From Podarcis bocagei (taxonomy: Eukaryota), in the NCBI GenBank assembly GCA_964188305.1, contig OZ076895.1: a stretch of 64,000 bases of DNA; one strand, given 5' to 3'. Numbering within the stretch: position 1 is the first letter of the stretch; each line of letters starts with the position of its first letter. Made by a program: the position numbers and the translations under genes. The notes below the pieces were generated by a model, which made no database searches, was not told where the DNA came from, and saw only the letters and a list, made by a program, of their open reading frames with translations. This document shows positions 49,904-62,420 of this stretch, one piece after another.

Positions 49904-52900
49904 GTAAACGTGTCTGCTGCGTTGACCCCTTCCATCACAAGGACATTTGTTCCCTATTGATTGTATCTCCAGAAAGGCCAACTCTCAAATGTCTTAATGT
50001 CACTTTTAGCAATGTTCATTTCAGGTTGGTCTCCGTTTGTTGTTGCTTACAAAGGCCATCAAAAGGAAATCTTCCAGGCTTGCATCCCTGGTTACATTTA
50101 CGTTCTGATGCTCTCCTACTTATAAGGATCTAATTGTAGCAGGAGAAAGATCTGAATGCAGGACTTGATAGACCCTTGGCATGGTTTAGCAGGAAGTCTT
50201 AGCGGAATTTTATTTAACTCTGAAAACAAATTGTTATTCTTTGTGTCCACAACTTAGAGCTGTGTGGATCTCAAATTTTGTCTAAAAGCAAGAAGTGCCA
50301 ATTTTCTTAAGATAGTACAATGTCAGCTCCTTTTGTGGCAATACAGTTGGTATCTGATACGGTTTTGCTTAACATTAGGTAGGAAGGAGAAGATTTAAGG
50401 AACCCTACTAGGTGCTAAGTGCCCTACTAGGCTCCAGGTACAGAGGAGGATATGAGAGCAGGAATTGTCTTGGTTTCCTCTTTCAACCAGCTTCAATATG
50501 AGCAGAAGTGTCTTAATCTTAAAGTGGACGGAAGATAAGAAAGGTGATCCCACCCTTGCTGAGGCTGAGTGGAAGAGAGGCTGTTGGCACTTCCTGCTGT
50601 GTCTTACTTTCCCCGGTGCTCTGAACTTAATAAAGATATCATAGCCAGAGATGGTCCTCTCTCTGAGAAGCTTGTTCAAGGAAGTTTTGGCACCTAGGCT
50701 TAGGAAGTGGCTTTCAAGGAGCCTGAAAATGTGCCATGGAATGGTGAAAAAGTATGAGAACAGGGTTGCAATGATGGATGTCTGCTAGTATGCCTATGTG
50801 GGGTATAGTGGAAGGCAGTCCTTTGAGCAGGCCTTTAAGTGTTCTGGGCTTCCTAAAGCAGATAGAAGCAGTTCTATACTAGTGAGAGCTTGTGGTGACG
50901 GCTAATGCAAGTCAGAAATGTGAAAGCAAGTAAGTCCCTAAATATCAGGAGCAGAGAGGTGTAGAAAGTTACATAGAAAGGCCAATCCATTTTTTTTATT
51001 AAAAAAAATCAGTACTGTGGAGACCTCAGTTGGAATTTGGGATCCAGAGTAGAGTAACAAGAACGATAAAAGGCCTAGAAGCCAAATTATGCCTGGAGAA
51101 TCTGAAAGAGTTGAGTATATTCGTTGTGAAGAGGAAAGTTTTACTTTTGCATTTATTTAAATATATTTATATCTACTGCATGACTGAGAAATGTTTGAAG
51201 AAGAATAGAGAATGCAGTGCTAAATAAGTTTTAAGAAGGTTGCTCTTTCTTAAATGTTAGGGGAAATGTCCTAAGTATAAGACAAATATTGCCTATGACA
51301 GTTCTGGATTCTTCTTCCTTGGATAATTCTTTTAAAAGCTGAAACTGAATGCTTTTAAGTATCTTGCCTGTAGCGAAAGAGGTATTGCTCAATGCTCCTT
51401 ATTCTATGCAGGATTTGCGGGAAAATCCATACAAAGCATTCTCTGTGGGCCTCGTTAACCAGAAAAAAGCAGGGCGTGGAAACTTGAAAATTCTCTTGCA
51501 TTGCCTCTGACTTTCTGTGCAAAGCAAACCTGTTGCTGTTGGGATAGTGGGCCCTTTCCTGTGCTCAGAGCTCCCAGGAGGTGCCTGCCTTTGCCATTGC
51601 CTGGAGCTGATGTTTGTTATGCCATTCCAGGTCTGTGTTGCTAAGGTACTTCCCATAAAGTAATTGCTTTGCACAATAACTGTGCAGCTTGTTACTTTCC
51701 TCTTGCAGTGGGTTCCAGACTTCTCTCTAGGTAATTCTTCAGCTGCAGGAATTCATCATGTGCCTAGTATTCAGAGAGCAGCATGTTGCTGCTACAAAGC
51801 TGTCAGGATCTGTAGTCCGTTTAGGTTCAGTTTTGGTTATATTCTCCAAATGATTTGCAGTGTCTCGTCTTCCCTCTAATATAGAACTAACTTTTAATGG
51901 ATGTTCTGTGTTTGATTTATATTGAAAATAAATTCTAATTAGAGTAGGTCATGTGGACACTCTTTGCAAGAGAAAGGTTATCTTTTCATTCTCTACACAT
52001 TTCAGATGTCAGGAAATGCCTAACCTTCAACCTCTGGCTGCATAATTTTCCCAGCCAGAATTCTCCTGTTTTTTTGGAAGCCTCACATAGGTGCTGTTAG
52101 TCTTCAGCCACGCCTTTCATCATCCAACTGCATATTTGATCTGTCTGTCTCAGGGAGTCTCAAACTTTTTTTATAGCAAACCTCTTTAGGTCAAGGGAAT
52201 TGTTCTTTCCTGGTTCTAAAGTTACAGGGCCAAAACTGAGAAGGCCCAGTCCCAAACACCGAGAGCTTATTTCTCAAAGAAAAATAAAATTTAAAATTGA
52301 ACTCGGAATGCCAGTAAATCTGGGGACCTAGGAAATTTTATAACAGAAGTAGATGTTTGTTTTTGCTTTATTCCACATGAGTGTGTTACATAAACTTTCA
52401 CTGGTGACCTAGAATCTGAATCTGTGTGCCCTTCTTGGAATCTTCTGAGTTTTCTTTCCTCTTATCCGATTCACCATCTTGATTTTTATAAACTGTAAGC
52501 TGCTTTTACTGTCCACAGATTAATTTAGTATAAAAGTACTCTTCCTTGTCACATAAATAACAAATACAAGAGAATGGTGAAAAGAGACTAGGGCTTGCTT
52601 AAGGAGTACCATACAGAAGATGGTAAATTAGACATAAAGTCACTCCTTTGTATTGTCTACAGTTCTACAGGAAAGGCTTTGTCAGGTGTGAGAAGTAAGA
52701 ACCTGATGATTTTGAAGGACTATTAGGAAATAGGGAACAGCACTCTGGGTAATGCAGGCATCAAATGAGTCTGTAACAGATGAGCTTGGCAGAAGACACA
52801 GAGAACTGAAGAGCCTTTGGTGTGAGGACACTGTTCTAAACCCAACACTTAGGCATACATAAACCCAATGAAATCATTGAGTTTAAGTAAGCCTAACTCT

Positions 52901-53552
52901 GTGCTGGACTTAGGCCATTGAGTGCCTGACTGCACCTGGCACCCTCTAGGTGTGTTCAGCTACAAGTCACACAAACACTGGCCGTTTGCCACTGTGATGG
53001 AGCTGGTGGGAGTGGTAATCCAAAATATTTGAAGGCACCAGTTTGGGAAAAGTTGATACAGCACTTCACACACTTTAATGCATTAAATGCATGGGAATTG
53101 AAGAATCAGTTCAACCATCCAAAGGGAGACGGGGACATAATGCAGATAGGGAAAGGGATACATTTTGCAGGACTGTTGTGATTTGAATGAAAAGAAATGG
53201 CCCGCAGTAGTCTAAGTGAGGCTTGATTGATCCAGAGCTCGGACAAGGATTCATCTGCAATCAGAAACGAACATCTTTGCACCACCTCTCCTTGCAGGTG
53301 GGTAGCAAAAACCACTGCAGCAATTACTCATGCTTCAAGGATTCATGCTTCATCTTTCTCCCCCCCCACCCCCCGCCTTTCGGAGCAGGGGGCGGGACGA
53401 CTTTGGTCTTCCCTGTGTTTGGTGTCTCCTTGGTCTGTCTGCTCTTCTTGAAGTTTCCCTCCCTTGATGTTTCCGTTTCAGATGTTTTCACTTTCAAAGT
53501 GTTTGTTTCGTTGCTTTGAAATTTATTATTATTTTATTTTATTTTAATTCAG

Positions 53553-53615
53553 CATCGGACCTTCCCTCCATACGCCACGAGGCAGTGCAGGCGTGGCTGG
53601 AAGCAGTCCCAGGAG
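53553..53615 (+). CDS. MICAL3: MICAL3 cassette exon, 63 nt, phase 1-1 (ASDLPSIRHEAVQAWLEAVPG)
   Basis: T-rich tract, aattcag| acceptor, GAG|gtagtt donor, GC-rich open frame, three TGCATG downstream. Confidence 0.75.
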
Positions 53616-53754
53616 GTAGTTTTGCTGATGTTCTGTTTTACAGCTCACAAGTAACCCTGCCCGCCACTGCTGGTGCTCCCACTTGCCCGGAATTTTAGTG
53701 TTCCAGCTGCTGGCCCTTTTTTAACCATGGAGCTATCTATGCCTTTGGTGCTAC

Positions 53755-53819
53755 TGCATGCTGGGTTGGGGAGAAGGGAGGAGGCTGCATGTCTCACTGA
53801 GATGGTTAATTCTTGCATG
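53755..53819 (+). promoter_or_regulatory. Cluster of three RBFOX motifs (TGCATG) downstream of the 63-nt cassette exon
   Basis: TGCATG at 53755-53760, 53786-53791 and 53814-53819, 140-204 nt after the donor. Confidence 0.7.
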
Positions 53820-55961
53820 AACTAGGCTTCCCCGTTAACCTCTCCCAAGGCAGGCCAAACAAAAAAGAGGTCCATGTGTATTATGAAGGAACTGCAGCTG
53901 TTGTTGAGGAGGAAACGGATTTTTTCATTTGTGCAGTAGGAAATTAGGACCAATTTAAATCTAACGTTTCTTGTACGTGGCACTTCAAAGAAGCTATGCA
54001 GATCCCTCTATGTTTTGAAGGTTGTTTTATGCAAATAATAATAATAAGGCCATTTATATAGAACTATATAGCATTATACAGCAAAGGGTTCAAGTTACAT
54101 TTTTCTATCATTAATCTTTTTCTCATTAATCCTGTAAAATAGGTTAAGATTATTCCTGCATTGTAGATGTCAGCTCATTTTAAGAGATGATAGCTTGCCT
54201 TGTAGCTTCCTCTGAATTCATAGCAGAGGTGACATTTGGATTTTCTTCACAGCCACTATGCTACAATAGCCCATGTGCATATGGCAGACATGAGCCGGGT
54301 GTAGTCCCAGGCACCTGCCTGGAAAATATCACAGCGACTTGGAAGCATCATATTTACAGCGGCCCCTAGTTGTGAATTTCTAAGTTCTTCTATTCCTGAG
54401 AGAAACCTGGGCACCCCCTGAATTTGGCCTCATTTCAAAGAGGAGAAAACACTTTAACAAACCGAAGCTTGTTGTAACCCTAAAATATGAGAGAAAGGTG
54501 GAATATGTTAGCTGTTCTTGCCAGACCATCTTCTGGATCAGGGGTAGCCAACATGGCACTCCAGATGTTGTGGCCATTTAGCATGCTGTCTGGGACTGAA
54601 GGAAGCTGCAGTCTAAAACATCTGGAAAATGCCCAACTCCCTCCCTGCACTTATTATTCAGAATAACCCCTGTCACTGAGGGCATTTTAGGAAAGAAGAA
54701 CCAGGTTTTTACAAGCTAGAAACTTAATTTTGCATAATAGAAAAGTGATTACTTGAGATTTGGCACCTGAGTTTTGCATGAATGTAGTTAGTGCATTTCT
54801 AAAACCTTTTGCTTCTGACAGCAGAGCTTACAGGACGGCTGCATACCGCCTTATCCAGTTGTGGCTGCTGACCAACTTGGACAAAATGTTGGCTCCATTC
54901 GTTTCTGGCTACAGTAGTGCATAGCTCACAAATTTTGGTGTGACAGCTTTTATCCCCTTGCACTTCATCTTTAACTGCCTAGTGTGTGTAAATGCATACT
55001 TGTACAATAACTGTGAATAGGTACGTCTCTCCACCACACCAATATATGTTTGCACCAACGTGTTCCCAGTCTGTACCTCCATTAAACATGTCACTGACTT
55101 CTGAGGTCTTTATTTTTATTCTGTGAATCAGCCTAAGGTTATTCTGTGAACCACCCTTAGACCTCCGGGCATGGCGGTATATAAATTCAATAAATAAATA
55201 AAATAAATATATCTTGATAATGTTAACAGGGCAGTCATGGGAAATTGCATGATAGCTTGGGCAATTACAAAATTTCATTTTTAAAAAAGGATGTTCCAAA
55301 ATATTGCATCACTTAGCGCCAATTCTTTTAGTCTCTGAGATGCTATATTCCAGTTTACCCAACCAGTGCTTGCTTTGGATAGTTGCACAGACCAGCCAAA
55401 GTCTGGTAAACGTATGCCAAATATGACTGTGCTTTGAAATTACTGCTTTGCAAGACAAAATGCACCCAACAGAAAACAAATCTGGTGTCATAGACTTTCA
55501 GATTATGATCTAAGAGGTCGCCTAGGCAATTTCAGGGCAGAGATGGGTAAAGTGAACCAATTAAAAGTATGTGAGCTGAGCTATATGATCAGTAGTGTAA
55601 TATAGTGCAACTCAAGGTTGGCTTTACCATTTCAAATGCAAATAGGTTTGAATGCTTCCATGTTTCGTTTAGGTTTTTTTTTTAAAAAAATGTTCTATAT
55701 AGTTTTCTCTCTGACATGCTAGGTTTAATATGCAAAGTGTGGTTTTATGGGGGCAGCATACAAACATACAGCACACCTCACTTTTAACTAGTGGTATAGT
55801 TCAGCAGCGTCTGCATCACATGATATTACTGTTTCTGGCGCTTAGATCTTCACACACAAAAGTGGACTTCTGAAGAGACCACAGTACAACTTAGAACTTG
55901 AACTTACATAGATCTGTTTTCTCCCCTACCCCCGTTTCTTTATGTATCATATTTATTCTAG

Positions 55962-56054
55962 CCCTGTGTGAGGAGAACGACTATGAAGATGAGGCAGGCA
56001 CCGAGCCTGCAGAAGCTCTTGAAGATGGGGACACTGGTGCAGAGTTGGATGATG
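55962..56054 (+). CDS. MICAL3: MICAL3 exon (ALCEENDYEDEAGTEPAEALEDGDTGAELDD), phase 1-1
   Basis: ttattctag| acceptor, ATG|gtatgg donor; matches recalled human APLDEND..EPAE..GDTGAELDD. Confidence 0.92.
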
Positions 56055-56628
56055 GTATGGGACCACGAACTCCCTAGTGTGTTGTCAAATGTAGTTTCTG
56101 TAGTACAAAGTCATGTCTCAAACGGGTGCAGTGGTGGTATTTTGTGCAAGACTTAGCAAACCCCAAAACATTTGAGCTCAGTGCATGTGCTGTTTTAGCA
56201 GTGTGTGAATGTGTGTGGAGACAGTTGTCATTACAATTGTAATGTTTTATTCATTTGAGGATTAGCGGTGCTCAAGAAAGCTTCTGAGATGAGTGGAGAG
56301 AACCTATTGCTATCAGTATTGACCTAGAGCTAGCCATATGTTAAATGGGTATACAAAAGTAATAAGGGTTATGTTAGTTATTCAGAGAATGTGCCAAGTC
56401 CTTGGCCAGCAGATTGTTTTAATGGGGGGGGCGTTTTGAGAATCAGATGCAGAAGGTGAGCCAGCCACCCTCCGTCCATCTGATTGCCTTCAGATCTTAC
56501 TGTCACAACCACCATTTCCCTTCACTCATCTCTCTTGACTCTGGGTTGGCACGGTGAAATCTTACCACAAAGACACTCTAGATTTGCATGTCAGATCCTT
56601 TAGTTTTTGTTCTGCTCCTTTCCATGTG

Positions 56629-56778
56629 AAAAACAATGGGGAGCAGATGACATCCCATCTGATGCAGAAGCAGAGTGCCGCTTGCATCAAGAAGAGGCAG
56701 AAGAACTGGAGCTGAAAGTCTCTGAAAAAGAAGAAGCAGAAGAAGAAGAGACAGCTGCCCCTTCCGTTGAGACAGAAG
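56629..56778 (+). CDS. MICAL3: MICAL3 exon (EKQWGADDIPSDAEAECRLHQEEAEELELKVSEKEEAEEEETAAPSVETE), phase 1-1; 5' boundary uncertain (56629 after TG, or 56644/56647 after AG)
   Basis: Aligns to recalled human DQHWSDSPSDADRELRL..ELELRVSEDEE; AAG|gtacca donor; the homologous acceptor position reads catgTG. Confidence 0.85.
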
Positions 56779-57933
56779 GTACCAAAATTTAATCATCAAG
56801 TCTGAAGCCCCAGGCAGTTTTGAGCAGTCTGCACTGCAGGCAGTACAATATTCTAACACATGGTTCTCATTATCATTAAGTAAATCTGGTGGCAAAGTTG
56901 CCAGAGAACATTTGCTGCTCAGGGAATGCTTGCAGGTGGCTGCCATGAAGGTGTACACATGGAAAATGTTGTGTCAGGTTATGGGAATGATAGTCTTGCT
57001 TAAGTCTAGGCTGCCTTTTTAAAACCTGATTTGTCAAAAGCCGAAAAAGAATAAAAGGCCAAGGAATAATACTTGACATCTGACATTTTTATGTCAGCTG
57101 ATCTTACTTGGATATTCAGGCTTCATAAGGGGGTACTAGCTGGAGCCATGTTCACATTGGGGAGTCTTCTCAGTATGGGATACCTCTGGGGTGCTAGTTT
57201 CCATCAGTGGCTTCCTTTTGGCTCTATAGAAGGAGGACTCCACGACTTACAGCCAACCATCTTAGACTGGCATGAGTCTTGTGGAAGCTGCTTCTGCTGT
57301 CTTGCCTTTGGGGTTTGTTACTATCTTCCCTGGAAATGAAGGCTTCTCTTGTCATCTTCTGGCTTAATTTTCATCCTGCCCTTCTAGAATTTATGGAATT
57401 TGCTACTACAAAATGTGGTGGTAGCCACTAGCTTACGTAGCTTTGAAGCAATTAGGCAAATGCATGGAAGACAGGGTTATCAATGACTATAAGCTACAAT
57501 TCGTGTCTCTGAATCCTTCTTGTGCACTTCTCAGAGGCATCGCAGAGGCCACTTTGGGAAGCAGGATAGACTAGGATTGACCTTGTGTCTGGTCCAACTA
57601 CCCTTTACTGCTAAACATATTTCTTTTTGACCTGTAATGAGCCACACCTCTACAAGCAGTGTAATATTTTAGCATCTAAAGCTACAATCCTGTGCATACC
57701 TATTTGTGAGTAATCTCCACTCATTTTAATAGTACTTGCTGCCAAGTAATATGCATCACATCAGGCTGCACTGACCATAGCACTGTGACTGTCTTGTATA
57801 ACTGGGTGGAATGGTAGTGTTCAAGTTAAGTACCAAGTTGACTATCTGGAAATAAGCAAGGAGGTGGCGGTAAACTCAATGCACTTCATTTGGTTTAAAA
57901 TAATTATGGACTTATTTGTTGGTTTTCCTTCAG

Positions 57934-58025
57934 ACCCTTGCAAGCTTTGTCTGCCTGATCAGTCACCGTGTGAGAGGGCTGCTCTGCCGACTCCAGCTGA
58001 AAACCACAAGGAAGAAGAAAAAGAA
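57934..58025 (+). CDS. MICAL3: MICAL3 exon (DPCKLCLPDQSPCERAALPTPAENHKEEEKE), phase 1-0
   Basis: ttttccttcag| acceptor, GAA|gtaaga donor; supplies the required phase 1 to 0 switch before the large exon; sequence is divergent from human. Confidence 0.82.
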
Positions 58026-60568
58026 GTAAGAAAAGGGATTGCTAATGCTTGCGTACCCAGCTGAGTAAAATGTTAAAAGAGAAACTTGATCACAACCCCT
58101 GATTCTATACACAAAATATTTGTAAGCTTATTTTCAATTTTTATTTGTGTTGCTTTATAATAGATTGGCTTGCAACATAAATGCATGTGGAAGTGCTTCT
58201 CTCCTTGAAACAGGACTGACAAATAATTGGTTTGGAATCTCTGTATAAAAACAAGTTCCAAACATTCTGCCATGAATATGCTTAGAACAAAAATTGGTGA
58301 AAAATTAATGGGAATGCGTTTTAAGAAATTAATTGAGGTAGCTGAAGCCACTGAATTTGTGAGAGTGCTGCCTACGTTATATTTGGTACTTGGGGGAAAA
58401 AATCCAGAGTACAAAACAGAGGCCTCATTTGTGAACACTGTGCTTTTGTACAAATAGTGGCTTTTAATAACAATATTTATTATTCATAAAGTTGCTCAGC
58501 AGTCTAAAGCATATTTCAAAAATCAAGACAGGCCCTTTCCCACACACTTAGAATCCTAGAAACACAAACCTACCTATGGAGAAGGTGTGATCTCATCCCT
58601 GTTGGTGCTCTCATTTTTGTTGTTTTTGCAAGCAAAGCCCGCAGTGCATCCATATATTGTTCTGTAAGGGCACAGTGCATATGCATTTAGAAAACACTAC
58701 TCTTCATTTGATTAACAAGAATTTATTTATTTATTGAAATATTTATATCCCACCCATCAGCTAAATGTCTATAGAACAACAGAAAATACTCATCTTTCAA
58801 ATGACCGCCCCGTCCCCACTGTAAATGCCTGAGTAAATAAAATCATTTTAAGCTAATGAAAGAAGGGCCACTACAAGACAGGAGGCCAGCTGGGACACCA
58901 TCACAGAGAAGGCTCTCAGGTCATGGATACAATATGTGAGGCAGCTGACACCGCTTAGGCTTAGGTGAAACCATGTTTGACTTTTGTACCTCATGCTCTG
59001 GAGTTTTCTTAGCTTTTTGAAAAGCTGGTTTACTTTGGATGTTAAGAAACAGCTTGCTAGTATCAAGCAGTACTTTTAATTGGCTATATTCTGTGACAAG
59101 GGGGGTGGGCGGTGGCAGAATGAGACTTTCTCCTTATTCTTTCCCATAGATTTGTAGGTAAAAGACTCATTTCCCAGAATCTTCTTTACTTCAGTCTTTT
59201 GCAGGACAATTTTCCAACTTATTCAGAGCTGAGTCAGTCATTCCTTGAGGATGTGTCAGAAGTCACCCAACAATCATCTTTGCTGGCACTTCGTGTGACT
59301 TGAACTAGTGTTATGAAATACAATCCATGTGCCTTGTGGTTTTTTTAGCACAACTTAAATGCTTAAATTCAAAAAATACAGAACAATACAGAACACAGTG
59401 TCCAAAAAGTACACAGCGATCTAAATAGATATAAAAGTAAAGCTGTCATAATGCCTGAAGAAGGAATAACTCATATTGGCTAGTACTGTAGTCCTTAATC
59501 ATGGTCCTTATTCACCAGCTGTCTGTCTGTTTTGCCTCATATTACTGAATCTGTTGAGAGCTAGGGTTGTGAATTAAATTCTGATAGTGGAAAGTACCCA
59601 ATGTTGCATGGGAATTCTTAGAAACAAAATCCTCCCTGATATTTATAACTGGAAAATGTGATTTGTTACAAGGGCTGTGTATGCTCCCCAGTCCTGCCCC
59701 AAATCAATTCAGGAGGCTGGGTTAATATTTAGTTTGGTTCTTTTAGATCCTATGCAACTGGGACAGGGAAGGAGAAATTGTTTCTTCTTTCTTGCTTCCC
59801 CAACTGCACTGCAGAATGCGGAAGGGTTCAGTCTTGCTGGGTTCTTCTTCACCAGCATGCTTCTTGCTGGGAACAGATCACTGTAGTCAGCGGAACTTCA
59901 CCCTTGGTGGACGACTAGTGTATGTGCCAGGTCTGTTTGCCACCTTCCCTCTCCCATGTCAATGCTCCCAACGTGTCTTAGCTCAGTTTAGATGCAGGCA
60001 TCCCTGCTGCCACCGCCACCACCAACGATGCCACACCACTTTACTCTATGGCCGCTTCTTACTCAGCTATTGTTGCTGTTGCCACCACCAGTATATTGCA
60101 GGTAGCGGCTGCCTGAGCTGGACCCACGTCACTACCACTCCCACAAACAAACTTCTGCATCAGCTATCACCATGGGGGCCATAAACAAGTATGAGAAACC
60201 AACCTGCAACATGGGGACAGTTCTCCGGTCCCCCTCTCCCCCACGGTTAGGTTCTCTTCCCACTTAGGACCTTTGCAGTCTTGGCCACCCATTTTTCAAT
60301 CCTGCTTGGGTCTACTTGCTCAGTACTTTCCCTGTAGGTGACTCACTGGCAATCCAGATCCCTGTAGCCAGCAATATTGCATCCTCCTCATATGAGGAGA
60401 GTGTGCATTCTAGAATATTTCCCAGAATTGCTCGTAACAATCTAGGGGTCTGTGGCAAACATGGAGCAGCTGGTATATGTACAAAGTTTGGAACTCCTTG
60501 GTCTAGAACCTGCTAGTGGGTGTTTTGTTCCACTGATGATGCTCTGTGTTTTATATCTGTCTGTGTAG

Positions 60569-62420
60569 GACTCGAAGGAGCTTCTTGCAACAGCGCCCTG
60601 CAAAGATGAATCCCCAGATGTACGGTTTTTCCCTGAACCGTTCCTCCCAGGAGAGGAGGCGCAAGTCAAGATCTCTGATGACCAAAAAGTCAAAAGCCCA
60701 CCTACACCACTTTCTCCAATACGGTCCCAGCCAGTTGCAATGCCTGAGACTATCACACCAACATCACCTGTAAAATCGCAGCCAGCAACTCCTGCAGCAC
60801 CTGCATCTCCACCTGCCACCCCCTTGCCTATTTGTTCACAGCCTTTACCTTCTGGTGAAGCATCCATTCAATCTCCAGGGGAACCTGTGTGTTTCCAGCC
60901 AGTCCCAGCCTTAACTTCTACTCCTTTGGCCAAGCTTGCCCTAAAAAATCAAGATGGAGAGATGGAAAAATTGGGGAGCCCTACCACAGCAGAAGAAGCT
61001 TTGAAAAGGAATAATCTTGTGGAGGAGTTCTGGATGAAGAGTGCTGAAATCCGGAGGAGTTTGGGTCTCACCCCTGTGAACAGAAGCAGGGGACCAGAGC
61101 CAAGCTTTACCATTTCCCCCCTTGAGTCTGCCCCCCTGAAAACATACACCCCTGAGCGTATTTCAGAAGAGAAGGGGATCCACATTGTAAAACCTCAGTT
61201 AAAGAAGCCAGTCACAGCAAAGCTAGACAGTGAGCAGTTTTCTTTGCTGACTCCAAAGTCCCCATCAGAGAGAGAGTTGAAAAATTTGAGTGATGTTAAG
61301 AGAGAGCTGTCCAGCAGTTCTGGACTGGGTCTTCAGGGCAGTTCATCAAACATGAGAACATTGGCCAGCCAGAGTTTCAACACTTCCGATTCCACCATGC
61401 TCACTCCTCCATCCAGCCCTCCTCCTCCACCACCTCAAAACGAAGAGCCAGCAACACTACGGAGAAAAAGGCACCAGGCAACTTGGCAGAACGAGGCTGA
61501 GTCTAAGCCGGCTTCTATGCAAACACCTCACCCGCCACCAGCAGCCAATGAAAGGATCCGGCCAGCCAGGGAGCCATCCCAGCCCTCCAGAGAGGAGGTA
61601 CGGAAATCATTTGTGGAGAGTGTAGATGAGATACCATTTGCCGATGACGTGGAGGACACTTACGATGAGAGGACTGAGGATTCGAGCATCCATGAAAAAT
61701 ATTACACGCCCCCCAGTAGACCGAGGCCAGAGAAGTCTCTTCACCTACATTTTGTTAAGGAGAATGGTGGGCCACCATCAATGGAAGGGGGGAGCCAGCA
61801 AAAGAGAGGCCTCTCTCAAGTCTCTGCAGAAGCGAAGGAGCTAGCAGAGGAAAGAATGAGAGCCAGAGAGAAGTCCATCAAGAGCCAGGCCTTACGCGAT
61901 GCCATGGCTAAGCAGCTATGCAAGATGAAAGAGCTGGAGATGGCCAATGCTGCTGGCGCTGCCAAGTTGCACAAGGCATCTACCATGCCTTCAAAGACCA
62001 AAGAGCTGTATTTTGAATCCCAGAAGCATTTGGGTATGAAAGCTGGCGAAGGCCCCACACTGAAACACGAGGCTAGTAGTGACAGGTTCTTTTCACCCTT
62101 TGCAGACACCAGTGGGCGTGATGGGTCAGTCACATCCTCAGAAGGCTCTGGAGGGAAGAGTAAGAAAAGGACTTCTCTCTTCTCCCCCCGCAAGAACAAA
62201 AAGGAGAAGAAGTCCAAGAATGACAGCAAGCTCTCTGACAAATCCAGCAGTGCGGCTGAGGAAGCCACGAAGCCCAAATCACTGTGGAAGTCTGTGTTCT
62301 CTGGCTATAAGAAAGACAAGAAGAAAAAGACAGATGACAAATCCTGCCCTAGTACACCTTCCAGTGGGGCCACAGTGGATTCTGGGAAGCATAAGGCGTC
62401 TCCAATAGTTAGAGCAGCAG
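60569..62420 (+). CDS. MICAL3: MICAL3 large Pro/Ser-rich exon, 1852 nt, phase 0-1 (DSKELLATAP...SGKHKASPIVRAA)
   Basis: ctgtgtag| acceptor, CAG|gtatag donor; contains ORF 60740..62494 with conserved blocks VEEFWMKSAEIRRSLGLTPV, SQSFNTSDS.MLTPPSSPPPPPP, EIPFADDVEDTYD, SAEAKELAEERMRAREKS. Confidence 0.97.

Larger units (their letters stand above)
998..62420 (+). other. MICAL3: MICAL3 gene, internal part (CH-LIM linker to Pro/Ser-rich exon); the gene extends beyond both window edges
   Basis: Chain of GT-AG exons with consistent phases. Translations match human MICAL3 as I recall it (GSx[35 protein letters not shown]; AKRLRGTPERIELENYRLS; DLGGVPWKEAVRIHA; VEEFWMKSAEIRRSLGLTPV; KSLWKSVFSGYKKDKKKK). 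Confidence 0.97.

Noticed and set aside
60442-62277. Antisense ORFs over the large exon (60442..60867, 60949..61185, 61816..62277)
   Set aside because: Shadow frames of the MICAL3 coding strand with no independent evidence.
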